This document shows positions 26,575 through 35,490 of a stretch of DNA of 64,000 nucleotides, piece by piece. A program made the translations under genes and the position numbers. Positions within the stretch are counted from its first letter, which is position 1. Each line of letters starts with the position of its first letter. The DNA is taken from positions 186,001 to 250,000 of the forward strand of contig CAZXWN010000003.1 in the NCBI GenBank assembly GCA_964644695.1, written 5' to 3'. The DNA is from an uncultured bacterium. GTDB taxonomy: Bacteria > UBP4 > UBA4092. Under the pieces are notes generated by a model. That model was not told where the DNA came from. It ran no database searches and saw only the letters and a program-made list of their open reading frames with translations.

Positions 26575-28920
26575 ATGAGAGTACGATTATTTACTGCCGT
26601 TTTAGTGTCAGTGATAGCTTTTACTTATTGTTGTGCAGCAATCAGTGGAATTGAGAACAAGGCCATTACCTCCCCACCATCAGGAACCCCACCCGTTACG
26701 GTTACCAACACCTCAGAGAATCATGCGACTCTGACTCCCAGTATCTCTCAATACATTGAAACAAGTACGGAGAATTCTTTTAGTCCCCTGTATGTCTTAA
26801 TTGGAGCTGGGGACCGTGTCTCATACACCTTCCACTTCGATAGTACTGCCACCGAATGGAGATTTTCTTCCCCAATACTGGATACAGACTGGACCCCTGT
26901 TCTTTCATCACAGACTACTATTCTATCTTCAGAGCATTACTTTTCTTATGCGTACCTGGTGGAGATAGATGTTTATCTTTATGTCAGATCTGCCTATGGT
27001 GAAGAAACAATTGCTGGGAAAATTAAAGTAAATGGCGGGTTTCCCACGATTCGTGGATCATTTAGCTACCAAAATGAAGGCTATGCACCTTTGAACCCAT
27101 TCCTATTTAATACTAACAATCCAGCGACGAGAGATATCGTTTCTCAAGCTTATGCTTTTAGTACTTCTGAATTGTATTGCGGGGAGTTGGTTTCTTTTGA
27201 CATTCCAGGGACATATACACTGCACCACTATGGGATAGCTAAAATACCTTTCTTTGGACATGAATACGCATTTTATTGTCGAAAACCTGGTTATTTTAGA
27301 GTTCATTCCCGGAGTGAGGCTGATGAATATTTGTTGCCGGGAGTGAAGGCTTTTCCGGGGCAAACATTGACGGCCTATGACCTGAAAGACTATAAACCCT
27401 ATAACCAGGAATATGGATATGTTCTTACCCACAATCCCCTAAATATGGTGACCTTGAATGGGACCACGGTTGTTTGTCAGGGGTTTGGAATCCCAACGAC
27501 AGCAATGGCTCAATTTGCGATGACTTATGAAGGAGATACCATCCGTACCTTGTATGGAAAAGTGAATGTCTCTTCATACCAATTACGAAGACTTCCTGAG
27601 ATATCACTGGCTCCCGGCGAAACCAAATATGTAAATGTCGGGGACTACTGTTATAACTCACAAGGTTTGAAGCTGGCCCCTTCCTTTGGAAAAGCAGGTT
27701 CTTTGGTTGTCAGTCCTTCCTCCCAATTAAAAGCGGAATGGATAGGAAACATTCTGGTTGGGTATGGCCAGATAAAGATTACTGCAAGTTCTGATTATAC
27801 CGGGGATGGATATGTTGAAGTGATTGCTTCTTCCTCCGATAAATCGCCATGGCCGGATTCTGACCGTGAACGGATCGTAGTACATGCTAACCCTCAGATG
27901 GGAACCGCCTTAAAGAGTAGCAGCGAGATGCAGAAAGTGTTGGTCTTCCAACCTTTGGAAGGGTCCAATTCACAGCCTCAGGTAACGGTCCCGATATCAG
28001 GGATAATGCGGGTGAAATTTACCAGTCAGAATCAGGGAATAAAAATCATGCCAGCATTAAACCTGTTCCGAAATTATGAAAAAGGGAAATGGTACATTGC
28101 TCGGATGAAGGTGAGAACAGACAACAAAGACAGTCTGGTTAATACTCAGCTTGTTCATCTGAAAGGGGTTATTCCCAATGATGTACACATCGAAGCTGCA
28201 GTAAATTGTATCAGTGGTCTTACAACGGATTGGACTTTAGTCGAAACTCCAATATATACTCACCAATCTGGTTCGGGGTACTTCCAGATTATGCTGGAGA
28301 ATCAGGGTGATGCGTGTAATGTGTATGTAAAAGATTTGGAATGGATAGAAGCTAAACCCGGTGTGATGAGTCTTCGGGGAAAGAGTCCTGAAGTGAAAAA
28401 AGAAGTTGTAACTGATTATTATGTGTTGGACCCACTGTGGAATACTGCTAATGGAAATCCATATGGAATATACGACTACAACGGGTTTATCATCACTCCC
28501 AGATACGATGAATATACTGATATTACTCTAACCTCTGTTAATGGAAATGATTCCATTATGACTCCCGGAGTGCCTCTCGGCAATTCCTTTGGGATGAAGT
28601 CACAAATTAGAAATATAACGGGTTCCGCGGACCAATTTACTTTCCTGATGGCCTGTATGGGAGTGCCTGAGGAAGGTCTCTATGACATTTCGAGTAAGGG
28701 AACTCAAATTGTTGCTTCTGCAGAATGGGGACAGTTAACTGATAATGATGACCCTGTCAGTCAGGGGTATCATTATCTGGCGGGAAATGCACTTCAACCC
28801 TGGTACCAGTTCCAGGTAAAAGCGTCAGGAACAACCTATGGGGATTTCTTCTACTTGTATGATGTCCGGTTTATGCCCGGTGAAGATAAGTCGTTTTATA
28901 TGGACTCCTCTTTGATGTGA
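26575..28920 (+). CDS. large secreted multidomain protein (PKD/Ig-like and CBM-like beta modules)
   Basis: Signal peptide; GYAPL...PGTYT PKD-like segment; C-terminal beta-sandwich-like segments. Confidence 0.75.
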   Translation: MRVRLFTAVLVSVIAFTYCCAAISGIENKAITSPPSGTPPVTVTNTSENHATLTPSISQYIETSTENSFSPLYVLIGAGDRVSYTFHFDSTATEWRFSSPILDTDWTPVLSSQTTILSSEHYFSYAYLVEIDVYLYVRSAYGEETIAGKIKVNGGFPTIRGSFSYQNEGYAPLNPFLFNTNNPATRDIVSQAYAFSTSELYCGELVSFDIPGTYTLHHYGIAKIPFFGHEYAFYCRKPGYFRVHSRSEADEYLLPGVKAFPGQTLTAYDLKDYKPYNQEYGYVLTHNPLNMVTLNGTTVVCQGFGIPTTAMAQFAMTYEGDTIRTLYGKVNVSSYQLRRLPEISLAPGETKYVNVGDYCYNSQGLKLAPSFGKAGSLVVSPSSQLKAEWIGNILVGYGQIKITASSDYTGDGYVEVIASSSDKSPWPDSDRERIVVHANPQMGTALKSSSEMQKVLVFQPLEGSNSQPQVTVPISGIMRVKFTSQNQGIKIMPALNLFRNYEKGKWYIARMKVRTDNKDSLVNTQLVHLKGVIPNDVHIEAAVNCISGLTTDWTLVETPIYTHQSGSGYFQIMLENQGDACNVYVKDLEWIEAKPGVMSLRGKSPEVKKEVVTDYYVLDPLWNTANGNPYGIYDYNGFIITPRYDEYTDITLTSVNGNDSIMTPGVPLGNSFGMKSQIRNITGSADQFTFLMACMGVPEEGLYDISSKGTQIVASAEWGQLTDNDDPVSQGYHYLAGNALQPWYQFQVKASGTTYGDFFYLYDVRFMPGEDKSFYMDSSLM

Positions 28921-28998
28921 CATAACACGGTTTGGAGAAAATCTATCTGCCAGATTAAGGGTTGATTTTCAATCACACATTGATTTTATGATGGAATG

Positions 28999-29031
28999 AT
29001 CCACGGAGTTGTTCCGAGCTGCTCCGTGGAT
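28999..29031. repeat. 33-bp REP-like palindrome, copy 3
   Basis: ATCCACGGA-GTTGTTCCGAGCTGC-TCCGTGGAT, core reversed relative to copies 2 and 4. Confidence 0.8.
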
Positions 29032-29075
29032 CCTTCGTTATGAGGTGAAGAGTTGTTTTGATGCCGGAGGATGGG

Positions 29076-30698
29076 TCAGGATTTGGGGTCTGTATCTTCT
29101 TGTTGAAGGAAAAGAATCCTTACCGGTGTGGTGTTGTTTCCAGCACGGTCATAGGTCCACCGTAGATGGATTCGGACGGGAAGTTTTTTCTCATCTCTCA
29201 GATAAGTTTCCAAATCCCGGGCCAATTGTTCGACTGTCAGATTAGGTCGAAGGACGATATCTCCCGGACATCTCATTTGAAGCCACTGAGCCGGTCCCTC
29301 AATTCGACATCCAGCAATCCCCAAATCAACAGGTAATCCTGCCAGTTCCAATTTAGCGGATTGTCTGGATTGCATGAAACTCCATTGATATTCAGCTGTT
29401 TGCAGAAGGACCATGGTTTGATTTTTTTGTGGTTCCAGTCCAACCTCGCTTTGCATGGACATCCGAATCGCCGTATCTTTTGAAACAACAAACTTGAAGG
29501 TTTGACCAGGGTTCAATCGGTATAATTCCCGGGCGGTTTGAATAATGGGAGTCGTTTCTCCGGGGTTCGTTGATACTTTGGGAGGGGAAGATTTGCCAGT
29601 AGTTGTGGATGTCAAGTTTAATCGGGAAACAATCTCGTTTGACCAGGACGGACCCTGGTATTCCCCCATGAGTTTTCCTGTACTGTCCAGTACTAGAACT
29701 GTGGGAAGTTTTTGGAAATTCCACTGATTCCGATATACGGCATCACCCAATAACCGAGGCCATGTTTCCGGTGTTGATTTTGGTGTCTGACTGAAAACGA
29801 TTTCCGCAATGACGATTCCAGAATTCCGGTACTGGTCGAGAAGTTTCTGGATTTGTTCTTTCTCCTCAGGTGGAAGGAAACCCGCCGCCCGGACATAAAG
29901 GAGTTTCCATTTTCCCGGCCAGGTCTGACTGTCCAGAGTTCCTCCTCCGACAGCCGGCAGGTTGAAGTCCATCTGGACAGGGTTCCCTGTCAGCCTGCCC
30001 CAGGCCGACCGACTCCATAATGCCAGTGTGGTATCTTCTGCGACCGTGCACTCAGCAAACAGCCGTATTTTTCGGTCTTTCCAGTCAGATTCCGGATAGG
30101 CTGAAGCGACCTGCCATAATAACCAGTACCCCTTTTGAACATCTTTATATCGTTCGGAGTAATATCGGGCCTGTACTTCTAACCGAACTACCGTTTCTAA
30201 TGACCAGGTACTTGTCTTCTCGACGGTGTTCAGAGCCCGCTGCAGATTCATGATGGTGAGGGGATATGCGGGTGCCGCTTCCAGCCGGGAATCAGAAAGT
30301 AATCCTTCCAGAATTTCATCGGTACCTGTTGGAAAAGGTTCCTGACTTGCCCACCATTGAGACAGAGTGCTGGAGATCCGGGTCATGTTAAGGGCTTGTC
30401 TGGAATCCAGAGGATAGACTTTGTAAAATTGCCACGACATATCCAGATATTTCTGGAACAAGGAACGGTTCTCAGGTGTAATTTTCGGATACCGTTGTGT
30501 TATCTGGGCGATTGAATCCATCGCGAGCCATAAGTTATTCGCGGAAGGGATGAGGGGAGGAGCGGGTTTGGTTTCTTTTATGACTTTTCGGACAGGGGTT
30601 TTATTTTTGGGTGCAGCCATACTACTGTCCGGACATAATAAGACTCCGGTCACCAATAAAGTCATCAATATCCGAATGGACAGTAATAACGGTCTCAT
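29076..30698 (-). CDS. secreted protein with central TlpA/redoxin-like segment lacking CxxC
   Basis: Signal peptide; FNLPAVGG..LDS..WPGKWKLLY and LPTVLVLDSTGK resemble the TlpA fold. Confidence 0.6.
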   Translation of the reverse strand: MRPLLLSIRILMTLLVTGVLLCPDSSMAAPKNKTPVRKVIKETKPAPPLIPSANNLWLAMDSIAQITQRYPKITPENRSLFQKYLDMSWQFYKVYPLDSRQALNMTRISSTLSQWWASQEPFPTGTDEILEGLLSDSRLEAAPAYPLTIMNLQRALNTVEKTSTWSLETVVRLEVQARYYSERYKDVQKGYWLLWQVASAYPESDWKDRKIRLFAECTVAEDTTLALWSRSAWGRLTGNPVQMDFNLPAVGGGTLDSQTWPGKWKLLYVRAAGFLPPEEKEQIQKLLDQYRNSGIVIAEIVFSQTPKSTPETWPRLLGDAVYRNQWNFQKLPTVLVLDSTGKLMGEYQGPSWSNEIVSRLNLTSTTTGKSSPPKVSTNPGETTPIIQTARELYRLNPGQTFKFVVSKDTAIRMSMQSEVGLEPQKNQTMVLLQTAEYQWSFMQSRQSAKLELAGLPVDLGIAGCRIEGPAQWLQMRCPGDIVLRPNLTVEQLARDLETYLRDEKKLPVRIHLRWTYDRAGNNTTPVRILFLQQEDTDPKS

Positions 30699-30757
30699 AG
30701 TTTTATTAAACCATAATTAATACAACCCTGTAAGAAAATTGGGGCTGTCGAATTATA

Positions 30758-33079
30758 TTACTTTGTGAGTGTAATCCGGCGTTGACTGAGGACCTTATCA
30801 CCCGATTGTGTGTTTGTCAGTAAGACCACCAGATAATAAGTCCCGGGCACCACTTTTTTTCCTTTGAGTGAGACCGGAAGTTGTCCGGGGATGACGGTGT
30901 TGCCTGTAACCGTGGTACTGGAAGATGAATAATAGACAGCAGATTTTATGTTTTTACTGGCTGCCACAGTTCCAAACCATGGATTCTGTTTCAACAACAT
31001 GACTTCCAGTTTTACGGGGACAGCGGCCGGGGTGTCATTGGCAACTTTAATGGGGACATTAACCGTCTGTCCGATTGTAAAGGTTTTCTGATGCAAATCA
31101 ATCAGGGGAGCGACAGGTGCAAAGGCGTTTTTGATAGCACCCTGGGTTGGTTTGGGCAATGGATACTTATCGTCTTCCATATTTTTCAACCAGCCATTGA
31201 TATTAATGATGTCTCCGTACCATGCGGGGAAAATACCATCAAACTTGTTCATTCGCAGGATTTCCGTTTGAGTGGCGGCAATCTCCGCATGCAGATAGGA
31301 CTGATCCTCCAGGGTTCCCGGTGCTGTTCCATAATTAAGTTTTAAGGCACGGAGGTCGGTCCAGCCTGTATCTGGATTATGAGAGTTTTCGACATATTTC
31401 GTGTTCATTAAAACTCTCTTATTCCTGCTTTTGACAGCTTGTTCGGTTTTTTGCTGGAAGGTGTCCATACTACCTTCAGTCATTCCGTCATTGTAATGAA
31501 GGGAGGCGACGCTATCTGTCAGGTCACCGGCCCGAATGATGGGACGGGTAGGGTCAAGGTGTTGGATGGCTGGCATCAGGTATTGTAATTCCACGGCGCG
31601 TTGAGTTGCGTCCCAGCCTTCTTCAGATAAAGACCACATTATAATGGACGGGTGATTGACAAGGGAAGTCACTAAGTCCTGAGACTCTTTTAATGCGGAT
31701 ACCCCAAAGGTGGTATCCTGCCAGGAATTAGACCCGGGAACAATCGGGAGCCCCACAATAGCCATGGTCCCGGACATATCACAGAGGTCCAGCCATTCTG
31801 GTGTCGGAGGACCATAGGCAAACCGTAAGGTGTTTGCGTGAGTTGCTTTGGGAACAGTAGATAAGAACTTATAAGCGAATTTGGGTGTCAATGTGGTTGC
31901 ATTCCCTAAAACAAACTCACCTTCTTCACCCATTGTAAGACCGCGGAGGTAAATAGGTTCGTTATTCAACAGGAAATGGCCATCTTTAATGACGAATTTT
32001 TTGAGACCAAAGGAGGAATCTTCCAAGTCCAGCGGCACGCCTTTTTCATCGACAACAACTGCCGATATCGTATATAAATAAGGTCTCCAGGGCCACCAGG
32101 GTTTAGCTTCAGGGATTGAGACAGTCATCTCAGCACCGGCCAATCCAGTGGTGGAGTCAATACTCACCGGAACAGAGTACTGGGAGAGAGGGATTCGAGA
32201 TTCTGGACCGGACAAATAAATATCAACCTTGTCTTCTGGTTTTACTTTACTGCTGTCCCTCAATGTTATTTGGACTTTGACCGATTTATCATCAAAGTTC
32301 GGTTCGCAATAAAGGGATTTAAGGGAAAGTCTCTTAAAATATCGGACAGATACAGGTCCCGGGATTCCTCCCCCTCGGAGCGGAAGGGTCTTTGGATTAC
32401 CAATCATCTGAGCCGCCCGGGAATCCTTTGTACGGGGGATAGAAGGCCATCCCCATACCATAACTAATAATTCATTGTTTTCACCGGCTTTGAGAGTGTC
32501 CTTTAAGTCGAAATCAAAGGGAGCATACCCGCCTTTGTGTCCTCCAATGTACTTGCCATTCAGCCATACATCACAGTTCCATGCGACTCGATTAAATACC
32601 AGCCGTGAATCGAAAGCCTTTAAACTCGCATTGGGTTTGAAATTATACCGGTACCATCCCCATTTCAGAGTGTAGGGCCTATTCCAAGTCATTGGATTTC
32701 CAATAAATTCCGTTTGTTTGGCCCAGTTTTTTGTTGTACTGGTGGAGGGAAGTTTGGCCTCAGCCCAATAGCCGGGAACAGGAGCTACGCCCCATTGATC
32801 GTTTAATGCTTTTGAATTGACCTGGTCCAATCCTACTTCCAGGGGTAAAAAGTCCCATAACCCATCCAGGGGCTGTAATGCAGGTGTGTTGATTGTGGAT
32901 TCTTCGGGGATGGATGGTTTTGTGGTTATTGAATCCAGGTTGATTGCGGGTGTATCGGAAGGAATAGGTGAAGCCTTGGGGAGGGTATCCTTTGTGGGTT
33001 GATTTGCCAAGGCATAACTGAGACATAAGGCGGTAATGGCAATCAATATTGCCTGAAAACGGGATGAGCGGTAAGTCAT
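30758..33079 (-). CDS. secreted glycoside hydrolase family 2-like protein
   Basis: LDGLWDF, VWLNGKYIGGHKGGYAPFDFD, WWPWRPYLY, FLLNNEPIYLRG, NHPSIIMW and LDPTRP. Confidence 0.85.
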   Translation of the reverse strand: MTYRSSRFQAILIAITALCLSYALANQPTKDTLPKASPIPSDTPAINLDSITTKPSIPEESTINTPALQPLDGLWDFLPLEVGLDQVNSKALNDQWGVAPVPGYWAEAKLPSTSTTKNWAKQTEFIGNPMTWNRPYTLKWGWYRYNFKPNASLKAFDSRLVFNRVAWNCDVWLNGKYIGGHKGGYAPFDFDLKDTLKAGENNELLVMVWGWPSIPRTKDSRAAQMIGNPKTLPLRGGGIPGPVSVRYFKRLSLKSLYCEPNFDDKSVKVQITLRDSSKVKPEDKVDIYLSGPESRIPLSQYSVPVSIDSTTGLAGAEMTVSIPEAKPWWPWRPYLYTISAVVVDEKGVPLDLEDSSFGLKKFVIKDGHFLLNNEPIYLRGLTMGEEGEFVLGNATTLTPKFAYKFLSTVPKATHANTLRFAYGPPTPEWLDLCDMSGTMAIVGLPIVPGSNSWQDTTFGVSALKESQDLVTSLVNHPSIIMWSLSEEGWDATQRAVELQYLMPAIQHLDPTRPIIRAGDLTDSVASLHYNDGMTEGSMDTFQQKTEQAVKSRNKRVLMNTKYVENSHNPDTGWTDLRALKLNYGTAPGTLEDQSYLHAEIAATQTEILRMNKFDGIFPAWYGDIININGWLKNMEDDKYPLPKPTQGAIKNAFAPVAPLIDLHQKTFTIGQTVNVPIKVANDTPAAVPVKLEVMLLKQNPWFGTVAASKNIKSAVYYSSSSTTVTGNTVIPGQLPVSLKGKKVVPGTYYLVVLLTNTQSGDKVLSQRRITLTK

Positions 33080-33262
33080 AATTAAATTCACTCCAGCAAA
33101 AATAAGCCATTTAATGACAAGGACCAATGCAGGTATCTTAACATGACATTACCCCTGTTTTAGTCTTTTCGTTGACCAAGACCACCCTCCGTCCATGTCG
33201 ACATTTGCCTGTCCATGGTCTGATGAAATCCTGATTTAGACAGAAAGGAGGTGAATCTAACA

Positions 33263-33565
33263 ATGAATACCTTTAAGTTTAAGGATTTCCTCAGTTCCGA
33301 AGAGCTGGCAGCCATGGAACTATTGAGAGAGAAACTGGGTGGCAGGAGAATCTATATCCGTTATCCAGAGGATTTTCGCGAGAAGCAATATCATAACAAG
33401 CGGAATCGGAGAATGGTCAGGATGTATCAGGTCTGTAAACAGGCAGGCATGTCAGATCGGCAGGCTTTTGCTGAAGTAAGTATCAGAGTTCCAGGCGCTT
33501 ATTGTTTGTCCATGTCGAGGGTACGCCATATTGTGAAAGGGCACCATCGATATGGTAAAAGATAG
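33263..33565 (+). CDS. Mor transcription activator-like small protein
   Basis: AAGGAGGTG SD; LxEKLGGRRIYI..P, RNRRM and C-terminal HTH-like LSMSRVRHIV. Confidence 0.6.
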   Translation: MNTFKFKDFLSSEELAAMELLREKLGGRRIYIRYPEDFREKQYHNKRNRRMVRMYQVCKQAGMSDRQAFAEVSIRVPGAYCLSMSRVRHIVKGHHRYGKR

Positions 33566-33621
33566 CTAAATGATTGTTTATAAGCATCTTGTCTCTAAGT
33601 CTGGGTAAACCCGCTGACAAT

Positions 33622-33656
33622 AAAAAATTGGCGGCGGGTCTGCTACCCACCGCCAA
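33622..33656 (-). terminator. intrinsic terminator on the minus strand
   Basis: Minus strand TTGGCGGTGGGT-AGCAG-ACCCGCCGCCAA-TTTTTT. Confidence 0.5.
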
Positions 33657-33877
33657 GATAAAGGATTTACCCTCATGATCGTTTTATATTCGTTTGATCA
33701 TGTATTTACTATTTATATAGAGGGGCTCGACCCCCGTTTGCCCTACAAATATTTTTCAGAGAACAGAAATTATTTTCTTGGGGTACTGAAAGAAGACGCA
33801 TAAATTGATGACTGAGGAGGGTTTGATAATGAGAGATGGGTCAACTCTTTGTGGAGTGATATATAATTAAAAACATT

Positions 33878-34597
33878 ATGTCAGAGATATATGTATATCC
33901 ATTTCCTTTACACGAAAATCGTGAATTACTTCGGGATTCAGCCGTGGTTGTGATTGATGTGTTACGGGCAACCACCACCCTTATTGCGGGTTTACAAGCG
34001 GGTGCCCACCGAATTGTCCCGGTCGCGGAGCCGGAGATGGCTTTGCGCCTGAAAAACGAGTACTTACCTGAACCAGTGGTTCTCTCTGGAGAACGTAATG
34101 GACTCACCATCCCGGGTTTTGATTTAGGCAATTCTCCCTGGGATTTTACCGCGGAAAAAGTCGGTGAACGCAATATCATCATGTGTACGACGAATGGGAC
34201 CAAAGCCATTAACTTTGCTTCATCGGCGGCCCATGTGGTGACAGGCTCTTTTTGGAATTTATCTGCTGTGGTGAGTCACCTGCAAGCCTGTGAGACCCGT
34301 ATTATTCTGGTTTGCTCAGGCCAAATGGGACAGTTTTGCATGGAAGACATGGCATGTGCAGGGGCTATTGTGGACGGGCTTGTTTCAAAGGGTAATAACT
34401 CCTGGGAATTAAAAGACAGTGCCCAGGCCGCCCAACTGATTTATCAAAAACATGCCCATGATCTTTCTGGATTATTAAAATCCTGTGACCATGGCCGATA
34501 CCTGGCCTCTTTGGGAATGGGTAGTGATTTGGATTATTGTGCACAAGTCGATGTCAGTGACCGGGTTCCCGTTCTGATGAATGGCATTCTACAATAA
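33878..34597 (+). CDS. comB: 2-phosphosulfolactate phosphatase family
   Basis: VVIDVLRATTT, GERNG..IPGFDLGNSP, TTNGT and EDMACAG. Confidence 0.92.
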   Translation: MSEIYVYPFPLHENRELLRDSAVVVIDVLRATTTLIAGLQAGAHRIVPVAEPEMALRLKNEYLPEPVVLSGERNGLTIPGFDLGNSPWDFTAEKVGERNIIMCTTNGTKAINFASSAAHVVTGSFWNLSAVVSHLQACETRIILVCSGQMGQFCMEDMACAGAIVDGLVSKGNNSWELKDSAQAAQLIYQKHAHDLSGLLKSCDHGRYLASLGMGSDLDYCAQVDVSDRVPVLMNGILQ

Positions 34598-34671
34598 CTC
34601 CGAAACAGGTCTTTTCTTCTGCCAAGTTCGCTATAATAGCAACATAATGCCGGATAAGAGCTGGTCAATTA

Positions 34672-35487
34672 ATGAAATTAACATTTAAAGAACTGCCTGT
34701 GATAAGTGATTTGTCGGAACTGTATCGTTACCGGCAACTCCTTGCTGCATTGGTGGTTCGTCAGCTGAAAGAGCGTTATCGGGGTTCTTTTCTCGGATTT
34801 TTCTGGACATTGATGAATCCTCTCCTGCTCATGGTGGTTTATAATTTGGTTTTTTCCGTTTACATGAGGACTCCAATGCCGGAGGGAAAGAGCTATGCAG
34901 TGTTTCTGATGTGCGGCCTTCTTCCGTGGATATGGCTGGCGCAGTCCCTTACGGAAGGAACTAATTCGATTCTTGCGGGCGGGAATTTGGTGACTAAATC
35001 CATGTTTCCTGCCAGATTATTACCGACCGTGACCGTCACTTCCAGTTTAGTTAATTTTATGGTGAGTCTTCCGGTGCTCATCGTTTTCCTTCTTTTTAAG
35101 AAGGTGGATATTCATTTAGAATATTATCCGTTTGTATTATTGGCTTTCGTTGTTCAATTTATGTTTATTGAAGGACTGGTCCTGATGTCCAGTGCCTTAA
35201 ATGTTTTTTATCGGGATATTCAACATCTGGTGGGTAATTTGATGACTTTATGGTTTTTCTTAACGCCGGTTTTGTATCCCATAGAAAATGTTCCAGTGGC
35301 TTATCGCTGGATGGTTTACTTGAATCCAGTGACGCCTATTATTCGTGTTTATCAACAGGTGTGGTTCGATAATCAGATGCCGGACTTTAATCATCTGGGT
35401 TTAGTTGCTCTTTTATCACTTGGTTTATGGATAACAGGTTCCATAATATTTGATCGGCATCGCGACCGATTTGCGGAGATTATATAA
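34672..35487 (+). CDS. wzm: ABC-2 polysaccharide export permease (Wzm/RfbA/TagG-like)
   Basis: RYRGSFLGFFWTLMNPLL, YRDIQH, FFLTPVLYP and LNPVT. Confidence 0.92.
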   Translation: MKLTFKELPVISDLSELYRYRQLLAALVVRQLKERYRGSFLGFFWTLMNPLLLMVVYNLVFSVYMRTPMPEGKSYAVFLMCGLLPWIWLAQSLTEGTNSILAGGNLVTKSMFPARLLPTVTVTSSLVNFMVSLPVLIVFLLFKKVDIHLEYYPFVLLAFVVQFMFIEGLVLMSSALNVFYRDIQHLVGNLMTLWFFLTPVLYPIENVPVAYRWMVYLNPVTPIIRVYQQVWFDNQMPDFNHLGLVALLSLGLWITGSIIFDRHRDRFAEII

Positions 35488-35490
35488 GTG

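Noticed and set aside
33263-33565. Mu-like prophage around the Mor-like gene
   Set aside because: No transposase, structural or lysis genes nearby
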